From NCBI GenBank assembly GCA_030704615.1, contig CM060732.1:7316001-7380000 (forward strand): a stretch of 64,000 nt of DNA, given 5' to 3'. The stretch is from Takakia lepidozioides (Eukaryota > Plantae > Bryophyta). A model generated the notes under the pieces. It worked only from the letters and a program-made list of their open reading frames with translations, ran no database searches and had not been told where the DNA came from. A program made the translations under genes and the position numbers. Below are positions 37,446 through 48,400 of the stretch, one piece after another; the stretch's first letter is position 1; every line of letters starts with the position of its first letter.

Positions 37446-38837
37446 GTGTCCAATAACGCTTCTATGAATGGCAAGGGGAAAAGATCTTTCTCCGTGCAAG
37501 CATTCAACTTCTTATAGTTCACACAAACTCTCAGTTTACCATTCTTCTTGGGAACTATCACAATGGGTGACAACCAAGTTGTATACTCTATCGGGTATAT
37601 AAACTTAGCCTCAGCCAACTTCTTGATCTCTTCTCCAACCTTTTGTGCATAGTTGGGATTCATTCTGTACCTTGCCTGTTTGATTGGTACTGACCCTGGT
37701 TCCAGTTCAATTTTATGCTGACAGATCTCAGGTGGTATCCCTTTCAGATCCTCGTAGCTCCAAGCAAATACATCTTTGTATTTGATGAACAGACTTTTAG
37801 CTTCATCAAAGAATTCTGGCTCCAAATCAGCCCCTACCTTCACCATCCTCGGTTCCCCTTCAGTTCCCACATTCACTTCTCTCACCTGCTCATCAGCTGT
37901 GATTGTCCATCCAGTCACCACTTCATCCTGTAAACTCAAAGTGGCTGGTTCCTCTAGGATTTCCATTTCTCCCTCTCTTTCTTCATAGAAATGTGTGGGT
38001 AACTGCTTGTTTCACCCTCAATTGGTGTTGTTGTCACTACACCACAGCAGATATCTTTTAAACAACTTAGGTCTTCCAGTTGCATCTCTACAACCTGCTC
38101 CCACTCTGGGTGTGCAGCAAACAGGGTAACTTCCTGCTCCTTATCAAGTCCTCCCCTCTAGTCATACTCCCTGACCCCTCGAGGTCTTCTTGTAGCAGGT
38201 AATCTACTAGATTTCTTAGTGGTGATTTGTATCTTGTCCCATCATGCACAGTTAGTAACTGGGAATTCCAGTCATGGAATACCCTGGCCTATTTCAGCCA
38301 CGGTCGACCCAACAATAAGGAATAAGCTTCCATGACTTCATCCATTTTCAACACAGTTACTGTGATCATAAAGATCATCTTTTGAATCTGTATTTTAACT
38401 CCTCTTATCAATCCCAATGGCTGTACACTTCTTTGATCTACCATTGTTTATGTAAATGGGGCTGGTTTCATGTTACTTAGACCAAGCTTCTGCCTTAATT
38501 GGTCTGTCATGATATTCACTCCAGAGCCTCCATCTATCAGTTTATCAATTAGTTTTGTGCTTCCAATTCTCAATTGGATTACTGGCATAGAATCATCAAA
38601 GTCTATGACTGTTTCTCGCCCTTCCGGCTTCACATTATAACTGGTCACCTTGCTGTTCAGGTCTGTGTTCCCTGTCACATGGGCAATTCGATTGATCGCT
38701 TGATACAACCTGTGTCTACAATAAGGTGCCACAGCCAATAGCTGTCCAATGGTAATCTCCGCTTTGGACTGGCATATTACTTCAGCCAAAGTCCCCTCAT
38801 TACTCTGCATTTCTGCAGCTTCTTTCTTCCCTTCATC
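37446..38837 (-). pseudogene. Gypsy gag end, aspartic protease and RT N-part
   Basis: LIDGGSGVNIM (protease), LLGRPW, DVFAWSY, WLSPIVIVPKKNGKLRVCV. Confidence 0.9.
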
Positions 38838-39300
38838 GAGGTTAGCTATTTCATGAGCAAGCGGAGTAGTAACTTAGCCAGTTTTTGGCGCAAAATATGG
38901 AAATTCGGCGCCATTTTTCCAGACACTGTACCAGTGCATGTTGGGACTTAGCCAGTTTTCGGCCCAAAAAAGAGAAATTCGGCGCCATTTTTCCAGACAC
39001 GGTACCAGTGCATGTTAGGACTTAGCCAGTTTTTGGCCCAAAAAAGAGAAATTCGGCGCCATTTTCCCAGACACAGGTACCAGTGCATGTTCGGACTTAG
39101 CCAGTTTTCGGCCCCAAAAAGAGAAATTCGGCGCCATTTTTCCAGAAATGGCCCCACAACTGCTTCTGTTGGATCTCAGTTTGAATGGAATATTGCCTCA
39201 TTCCAGGAGTTTTGGGGTGCATTTCATTACACTGCAAAAAAAAGTCTGATATAGCAAAATGCAATTGAAAATATCCATATGGAGGATTCCCTTTGCCCCA

Positions 39301-42300
39301 TCAATGATTTTTGGAATCCCTAAGGAGGAGTTTGTGCAGCTCGTTCACGCTCAACGCCGGTGCATGAATAAAGTCATCAATAGTCACGTTCATCCTCAAC
39401 CTCTTCAGGTAAATGTAATACAGATGCTTGCACGGATAATACTTCGAACCCTTCTTTGCTTCCATCAACGAGAAGTCCGTACAATTGCAAGTCGGCTCCA
39501 CTCCAATCGTAATTGTGTATACATCGTCGCGTACAGCCGAGCCGGCCGTTGCCATCCGATACACACGCCCAAGGCCGGGTGGGGGTACGTCCACGGAGCT
39601 CTGAATAGTGCAAGCCATCCCAAAAGCATTGGCAATCCAAGTCTCATTCAACTTGTTGGGAGGGTGTCGTCTCTTCACTCTTCCGAATCGCATTGTGGGA
39701 TGTGCAGAATTGTCCAATCCGTCTCTACTGGGCCGAGCAGTCTGCAATGGCTGGGTCTGAGGAACCGGAAATGCGTGGGCCGGGAAGTCTGTGCGTTGCA
39801 CCATTCAAAATCCTGCTGCAGATAGAGCATCCGCCTCATTCAGAGAGAGGCTGCAACCCGGTGCAACAGGCCAGACGCCCGGAGGCTCCGGCATTCTCTG
39901 AATCCCGTACTTGGGCTTGCCAAATACACAGGTCATTATATCGTGCCTACAGAACCAAAATGTCTGCGTTGTGGCGTGAGCAAATGTGGGAGTAAAAAAT
40001 CTGCCGCAGAAACAAGGTACAGGTACAGCACCGTGTGGGTTCCTCCGAATCATCTCACCACAGCGTGCTCTCGTATCCACCCGGATGGCGCAGCACTTCC
40101 CTCGAAATGCCGACAATGTCCTCGCAATTCTCCACTGTGACTCCGACACTCTTGTCTCCACAATGGAAATGTTGTACTGCTTTACTACAGATGGCTCGTT
40201 ATGTTGCCGGGGCACGCGCCCTGTGCTCAAAGGAGATGGCGATCTTGAACGTGCAGGACTTGCGGTGCTCGACGAGACCTCCTCGGGCAACATCACCGGA
40301 CCACGAGGGAGCATGCGAATATTCTTGTCAGCTCGCCATGAATCCTCTTCTCCGCCAGGTGCCTCGTCAAGTCTTCGTCTCACTGGACGGGTATGAACAT
40401 CTCCTTCCAAATGTTGGCCTCTTCGAAGCAATGGCGTGTCCCGAAGGCCCTCTCGCAAGGCCGTCGCCCACTTCCGAGGATTCTTCGATCTGGAGGCAGT
40501 CCGCATCAGCATTTCCTGCTTGTCCGGCCCCAAGCCCCACTGTTTCCCTTTCAAGAACTCATTGTACCTGCATTGACCTCATAATGTCCTCTGTTGTGGC
40601 AGTGAGGATGTCCACCAGATGCGCCGCAGAGGAGGCACGCCAGGAAGAGTGCACTGATTCGGCCATGTTTGTCGTGGGCATGTCGGTGTCGGAGTCGAGT
40701 CACATTTCCTGCACAAGCACATGTTGAGGTTACAAGCAAGTTACAAATATGGCCAAGAATAATATTCAACGGGACGCGAATTCGTGCAACTCACCTCCTG
40801 CATATAGTCGCCGAACTGGAGGAAACGATAATGCCACCATTCTAGCCAATTGACCATTGCTCCCTCGTCTGATTTCCTTACAGCACCTGACGATGTCCAC
40901 CAAGCCCGTATACATGCAAACTGTGTCTCTGCATCATCCAAGGTGGGAGCGCGCTTCCACGCAAGGCACATGGAACGGTGCTCCTCTCTGAAATCTGGCG
41001 CCACGAGCCTGGTTGTGTACTGCGAAAGGCTCTGCAGAAAATGGAACCCACAAGATCTCTCCTTGCCTTCCATGGGAACATTGGGGTCTTGCCCGTACAC
41101 CCTTCGGATGGCAGCCCAATTTGCTAGTGCGTTGTCCGCCATGAAACCACGGAAATTGGGAAGGGGCAATCCCGCCTTGGCCATCTGTTTGTTTATTCCC
41201 TGCCAAAGAAGCATCTCCGATTGTGTGTCCTCTCCTTTCATCTCACAAATAGCAATTGTCATTAGCATCCTGCAGTGGGTGTCGTAGACATTTGCACCCA
41301 TTGTCACCCACCGGTGATTTGTAATTCGCTTGATATGGTCGAACATGACCCAACTGTTTGACAAGTCCCCACTCGTCATCCTGTCGACCAGTTCGACGCC
41401 GCTGCCAGGTCCACACGTGGACATTTTGAATACGAAACAACGATCTGCCTCAGTCCCTTGTCCTGGAAACCTACTTCCATGAATGTAGTCATATCCACAT
41501 CGTCGCTTCACCTCCAGAATGGAGTGCATATCCGAGCCACGCCCAATTTTCTGTTTGCATGAGACAATGTGGTTTCGGACATTTGGTGAACATACGTGGG
41601 ACACCGACTCCAGCAATGCCTCCATTTCCTTCTCATCGAGAGGAACTCTATCGGAGCCGTCTTCCGACATAATTCTGGCCAATGTCATCTTATGGGCGGC
41701 TTGGAGCTGTATCTGTTTGGGTTTGGCACCCGGTCTCAACTTAACCTCCTCCTGAACGAGCTGCTCTGCCTCGTGGGCAGCCTCCCGCGAGTTCCCCCTC
41801 GCCAATTTGTGACAATGGGAACCAACGTGTATGCAAGCTCGGGTGAGGTCAGGGAAACGGTGCAACACATAGAACTGCTTGGCATTACAAACAGACATGC
41901 AGTGTGGTGGTTCTTTGCAATGCGCACACTTAAATGTGGAGTTCGGAACCTTCTCCTGAGCTCGAAATGGTTGATGAGCTGTGCCTGTCCAATCGGTCTC
42001 GTTCCTATGACCTCTAGATTTAAAATGGAAGCAAGTTGGGGAGAAACACCGCAACGCGCCCGCACAAACAACGTAGCGCACCCGCACACCATCGAGCATC
42101 TTCATGCTGGTGGTTTTGGTGACGCACCAAGGATGACCGTCATGTTTTCTATCCATATCTGTCAACATTCCGGACGCCCTCGAGTAGTTCGTCCGAGGAG
42201 GGAACTCAAAGAAGATATTACCGTCGACGTCTGCGGGAAGGCATGTAACCGATTTAATTGCGAACTTGCTGTAGTCTAGCCCGGCCAGCTCCGAGCGGTG

Positions 42301-42897
42301 TCCATCCATGTGAAGCCCTCGCAGAATTTCAAGAATGGATCGAACTGCGGTGCTCGTGCTGGGAATATGACTCCCTCCTCCACTGACGTCCATTGAGGAC
42401 TTGCTTGATCTCCAGGACGACCTCGGAACTTCCATGACCTCGTCTGAGTCGGACAGGTTGTGAACAACCCGGTTCTCGCTCGTCTTCATGGATGGGTTCG
42501 GCTTTGGATTTACTTCGTTGCGGACTTCTCTCTTTGAGGTACCCACTCTCTGATTCACGGATTGTTTCATGGAAGGCGCCAGGATAGAAGGTGCATTTGG
42601 CGTGCAAATGAAGTCCCCAACAGCCCTGTATATGACGTTGTCCGATGGTGGAACTCGCCATTCCCTGCCATCGCCGAAATCATCGTGGAGCACAACAATA
42701 CTCTCGACAACAAGGCCGTTTGAGTCCTTCCTTTCCTCCTCCAAAAAAACCGACCCCGGTTTTAGGTGGTATCGAACGCACAGATATTTCTCCATCACCC
42801 GGCAGATATCCCCTCTGCACGGAAATGAAGCTCTATGCTCGTGAGGAGGGCAGTACACTGTAGCGCTCGGGTTTTCCGCCATGGGAGATGTGCACAC
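39301..42897 (-). pseudogene. Mutator-type DDE transposase with GCM-like Zn domain and C-terminal SWIM
   Basis: VMFD, FMADN, CGFH (CxxH), TTNMAESVH (E) and SWIM motifs. Intron at 40709-40794. Lesions at about 40701 (TGA), about 40573 (11-bp deletion relative to copy 5) and 39805 (TGA). Confidence 0.88.
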
Positions 42898-43189
42898 AAG
42901 ACTGCCAGGATGGCGTGCGGGGAAGCTCCCTGGTAGAAGGGGGATGCAGCGATGGGAAGGAATGCGGTGCCGATTTGTCCGAGCGATGAAGCCTGATCCA
43001 AATCCAGGAAGCCAACTATCTCAAAAATCCACAGTCAGAGTGTTAATGAACCTTGTCTCCGGAATGCGGCCCCTGGTCTTTGCGCAATAACTGCCAACGG
43101 TATGCAGTCAGAAAGTGGGGGGCCGTCCGGATGATGTCGGCTGAAGGGGAGAAGCCGTCACCGTGCCGTCACATTACTACCCCCGACTG

Positions 43190-44640
43190 GAAATTCGGCA
43201 CCCAATATCCAACAGGGGCCGCACGGATGAAGTTGTCTGGGGCAGAGATGCCGGCACCTGTCCGACAGAGAACATCCCCCGGATGGACATTCAGCGCCGA
43301 ATTTCCATTCGGATCCCCCCAAAGGATCCATCTGGCCCTCACGTTACAACCCCCGGACGGAAATTCGGCACCGAATATACAACAGGAGAAGCCCGGATGA
43401 AGTCGCCTCGGGCGCAGAGGCCGGCGCGTGTGCGACAGAGAACATCCCCTGGATGGAGATTCGGCGCCGAATTTCCATCCGGGCCCCCCCAAAGGAAGTC
43501 GTGTCGGGGGGTCAGGCCGAAAACTGGCCGACATAAAAACCTCCCCAGATGGAAAAACGGCGCCGAATTTCCATCCGGGGCGGTTCGGATGCAGTCAGGG
43601 AGGGGGGAGAGGCCGGCACCTGGCCGTCACATTTCAACCCCCGGACGGAAATTCGGCACCGAATATCCAACAGGGGACGCCCGGATGAAGTCGCCTCGGG
43701 CGTAGAGGCCGGCACGTGTTCGACAGAGAGTATCCCCTGGATGGAGATTCGGCGCCGAATTTCCATCCGGGGCCGTTCCAATGCAATCGGGGAGGGGGGA
43801 GAGGCCGGCACCTGGCCGTCATATTTCAACCTCCGGACGGAAATTCGGCACCGAATATCCAACAGAGCGGCGGAGAGGCCGGCACCTCTCCGACAGAGAC
43901 CATCCCCCGGATGGAAATTCGGCACCGAATTTCCATCGGGACCCCCTCAAAGGAAGTCGTCAAAACCTCCCAGAATGGAAAAACGGCGCCGAATTTCCGT
44001 CCGAGGCTGTCCCGATTTGCCTCTAGCAGTCAAGGATTCCAAGAAAAACGTGTCTACAAGTGCACTTCAGCCACAAAACAAATAGTTTAGTTTGTTTTTC
44101 TCCGAAAAATCAATCGGACACGCACAGAATTACCTGCAGGAAGGTAATTCAGCGCTCAGAATTACCTGCAGGAAAGTAATTCAGCGCTTCGAAATACCTG
44201 GCGAATGGAAATTCGGCGCCGAATATCCATACGCTAGCGATCCGACTTACCTGCTGGATGGAAATTCGGTGCCGGATTTCCATCCATCCGCTCTCCGACC
44301 AACCTTGCGGATGGAAATCCGGCGCCGGATTTCCATCCATCTGCCTCCGAATTACCTGCGTGAGGGAAATTTGGCGCGCCGCCCTACCTGCGCGGATGGA
44401 AATCCGGCGCCGGATTTCCATCCATCCGCCTCCGAATTACCTGCGTGAGGGAAATTTCGCGCGCCGCCCTACCTGCGCGGATGGAAATCCGGCGCCGGAT
44501 TTCCATCCATCCGCTTCTGAATTACCTGCGTGAGGGAAATTTCGCGCTCCGCCCTTTCTTGCAAGCTGGAAATTCGGCGCTGAATTTCCATCCTGCTGCG
44601 CTCCGAGTTACCTCTACGTTGGAAATTCCGGGCCGAGTTC
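43190..44640. repeat. GGAAATTCGGCGCCGAATTTCC palindrome array between the divergent genes
   Basis: About 19 copies within 96-bp and 85-bp higher-order repeats. Confidence 0.95.
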
Positions 44641-45403
44641 CGTCGTTTTTCATCCGACATGGAGGGCTTCATCCGACATTTAATTGTGCAGTTGGGCAAT
44701 AAATGTCCACCGCCGTCCGTTTTCATTCGGGCTGGCGACACATGGCTTCCTGGATACGTACCCTAAATCTGATGCTAATCTTGGCTTAACATGCTATTCG
44801 AGGCATGTACCCCAAAAACGGAGATCATTTTCCATTTTGGCTGGGACTTATGCCGCCTGAAGGGCGTGGCTCTCCTGAGAGAGACCTCACATCCAGACCG
44901 CGGCGGAAGTTGAAAGCTCTGTACTACGGACGACGGCCAATCTCTCGCATGGCCAAACTGAAGCTCCAGCAGGAGATTCCAGTGTCTTGCTCACAACCCG
45001 CGCCAACTGAAGCCGACTACTCTCAGCCAAGCCACTTCTGCTTTCACTTTGTTCAATTTCGCTTTTGCTTTCGCTTTCGCTTTCGCTTTGTTGCCTCGCT
45101 TTGTTTTTGCATCTTCATCCTGGCTTCGCTGGATGAGTGAACTTTAGATAGTTGAGTGAACTTTAGATAGTTGAGTGAACCTTAGATTGTTTGCAATGCG
45201 TGTGCAAATCCGGCAGCTCTGGAGAAGGCTGCTTGTGCATGTCATTCTCAGGCAATGGTTGCATTTGTTTTCATTGTTGTTGCATGGCTCTCCATACTTC
45301 CTAAACTTGTTATGTTTTCATTTTTTGTTACACGATTGTTGCTATGGTGGTTGCGATGCTGGTTTTGGCACCGATGTTGGTTCTCACGATTTTGGGAATG
45401 ACA

Positions 45404-48400
45404 GAGTGACGACGAGCCCGGCATGCTGGTGGTATCATCGACTGCTGCAACTCATCGCATGTTTGAACCGCCCACCTTGGAGCGAGAGGGCAAACTTCAA
45501 CCTTTTGTTGGTAGACGGGAGGACCTGCAGCGAGAGTACGACAGAATAGACATTGGGGAGGTTGGTGCAGGCCTCATGGCAGGTGAAGGGCGTGAGGAAG
45601 TGAGAACAGCAGATCCGGCAATGGAGGTTGTTGATGCAGAAGCAGTAGGGCCCGTCCAAGCAAAGAAGAAGAAGAAAGCCAAGCGCGTGCAATCCCCGGC
45701 GCGAGAGCCGTCACGGGCTGCGGAGGGGGGAGTTCGCAGTGCGCGCGAGGGTGTCAGTTTGCCTACCTCAAAGGTGGTCGTCCATCTGGGCTCCCCTGCT
45801 GGTAGCCCTAATAAGAAACAGAGAGCCCGTGAGAGGGCAAAAGAGATGGCAAAAGAACAGGCAAGACACAAGGCTAGCCAGGAGGAAAGAGAAAAGGCCA
45901 CTGAAGAGGCCAGGGGTTCCGAACGGACAGATTCCCATATAAGTGAGGGACGCACAGAGACGGTGGATCCCTCCAAGACACCACAAAGAGGCAGCAACAC
46001 ACCGGTTAGACCATCGCGGGCAAGAGCAGCCCCTGCAATTACCCATACGGTGGAGAGTGGAGGAGAGGAAAGAACACCAGAAAGAGCACGGATTGTGCAA
46101 GTTCGAGGTGAAGCCAGGGAGAGGGCAGTAGAGACGGGGAGAGTGCTGGAGGTGGTTTCGCAGGTGGCTGACCCTATTGAGGAGGACGACAGGGAGCTTT
46201 CTGACCAGGATGACATCCTCCCGGACATCCCCAGGCCCCAAACCCGGAGCATACAGGCTGGATTTGGCGGTCCTGGTGGGCTGCCGGAAAACCCCTCTGC
46301 AGCAGACGTCATGTCGGAGGCGGATATGAAGTTGGCCGCTGCCAATATGTTGGAGGCAACACACAGCAACATTGGCAGGGTGCTGGGGGGCATGGTGTAC
46401 CCGGCCAAGCTTCGAATTCCCCTTTGCCGCTTGGTGTCATTGCAGGTGGTGAGACTTGCCCTCCCAGGCGATATCGACAAGCTGAAATTCTCTTTCCGGG
46501 ATGGATATCGAATGGGGTATGCCGCGTTTTACGTTTCCATTGAGAACGACCACGGAGCTTCCCGTGCCCACACTTCCGATGAGGTGGACAAATGGGGCCC
46601 CCATTGGCAAACGCGAAATGAGGAGTTCGAGAGATCGATTGCTAGTGATCCTCTTTTCCAGCACTTGTCCGGTAAGATGTTCTACGTGTGGGACGACAAT
46701 CATCGCCTCCTGGCATGGATGGAGCACATTGCCCAAGCCCACCCCAACGACCTCGGTTGGCATTTCGCCGTGGAGTGTGTTGTGCTGAAGGTTGCGGGGC
46801 CCAAAGATCGCAGTCTTCTCAAAGCTGCAATGGCAGACATCAACTCGTAAGTTACAACGCCTCTCGCTTTTGGACTTTGAATTTGGAAGTCATTTCATTG
46901 CGAATCCTCATATATGATGAAAATTCCCATTTCAGTATTGTTTGATGGAAATGTGGCACTGCAGGGTGACTGAGAATGCCTTCATTGCCACCAACTTGTC
47001 CCATATGCTCTTCCGAGTGAAGGATGTTGGGAAGCAGGGGGTGCAAGAGTTTGCCAATTCCCTCACTGCTAACCTCCTGCGCAAGTCGGAGGCAAAGGCA
47101 GACAGAACCTGGTATAGGCTGAGCGTCGACGCCATGGTGGACTACATATTTCGGGTAAAGCTCCAGACAGTTTTGTTGAGCTAATCTGTCTCTCCTCCCC
47201 CAATAGAAGAAATTGTGTTGAGCAGGATCTCTAATCTTATGTGCGCATTCTTGATAGACGAAAATACAGCAGGATTTGGCACATGCGCGGAGGTTCTACA
47301 TGGAGTCAGAGGAGAAGAATCCAACCCTCCCGGCACTGGAATCATATGTCAAAGCTGCGGAGGTGAGGGCCCGCATAAAGTACAAGTCGCGGATGGTAAA
47401 GTACGTGGCCATAGCTGATCCTGCCCTTGGTGCCGACTTTCTGGTGGAGGTGGGGAAGCACTACTCTCGCGCTCTGAAGCCCACGATGACATTGGAGAAG
47501 CTCCATTATCTAGCCACATCCTGTGTGGATGCAACAGAAAAGGTGATACATTCTTAACCAAATTGTGGTGGCAACAACTCCTTTTTGTGGTGTTTGGCGC
47601 TTACGAATATGCTAGGTGGTTGGACAGACCCGGTGGCTCCAAATCTGGAATGGTTCCCAAAGTACCAGGGACATGTGGAGCTTCCCCAAACCGGACAAAC
47701 TCTCTGACCCCACTTTCAACATGTGGATGAACCGCATGATATGGTGGTTTCAGGTACTTCCCCACGCTTTGTTTGGGGCTTCTACTCTAGTAGGGGGTGG
47801 ATTCATTGTATTTTTTCAAGAAAGCGATCTGATGGAGAATCTCCACAGGTGATGACGAATGCGCAAGAGCAGCTGGACACACAAGCACATCAGTTCAAGA
47901 TGGAGATATCTCCTGCAGCAGAGAGCCTACGCGACTATGTGACGAGGTACCTTCTGCTCTACAAAACCAACCTATTCTTTCGGGAGATAGCAGATGCTCG
48001 CCGGAGCCACGAGTTCACCAACCAGCCGAACGCGGACAAAGCAGCAATGCGCCTTCTGTACAGGTACATACGCGCTACTTTTATTTCAAGTCCTTGCATT
48101 TCAGGATGTTAGAGGCCTCATGTGGTGTTAGGGAAAATGGCGCCGAATTTCCAGTCAGGGCTCCGAAAATGGCTAAGTCCCTAGACTGGCTGGCCCTGAA
48201 CTGGAAATTCGGCGCCATTTTCCAGTTCTAGGCCCTATTGCCGTTCAGGGACTTGGCCATTTTTGGGCTAAGTCCCTAGACTGGCTGGCCCGGAACTGGA
48301 AATTCGGCGCCATTTTCTAGTTCTAGGCCCTATTGCTGTTCAGGGACTTAGCCATTTTCGGGCTAAGTCCCTAGACTGGCTGGCCCTGAACTGGAAATTT

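Noticed and set aside
45135-45190. 19-bp tandem duplication gtgaactttagatagttga and nearby ttcgct repeats
   Set aside because: Ordinary slippage repeats with no evidence of function.
45497-46480. Long antisense ORFs, also 22331-23011, 49398-50075 and 51612-52322
   Set aside because: They are shadows of the real genes on the opposite strand and carry no motifs.
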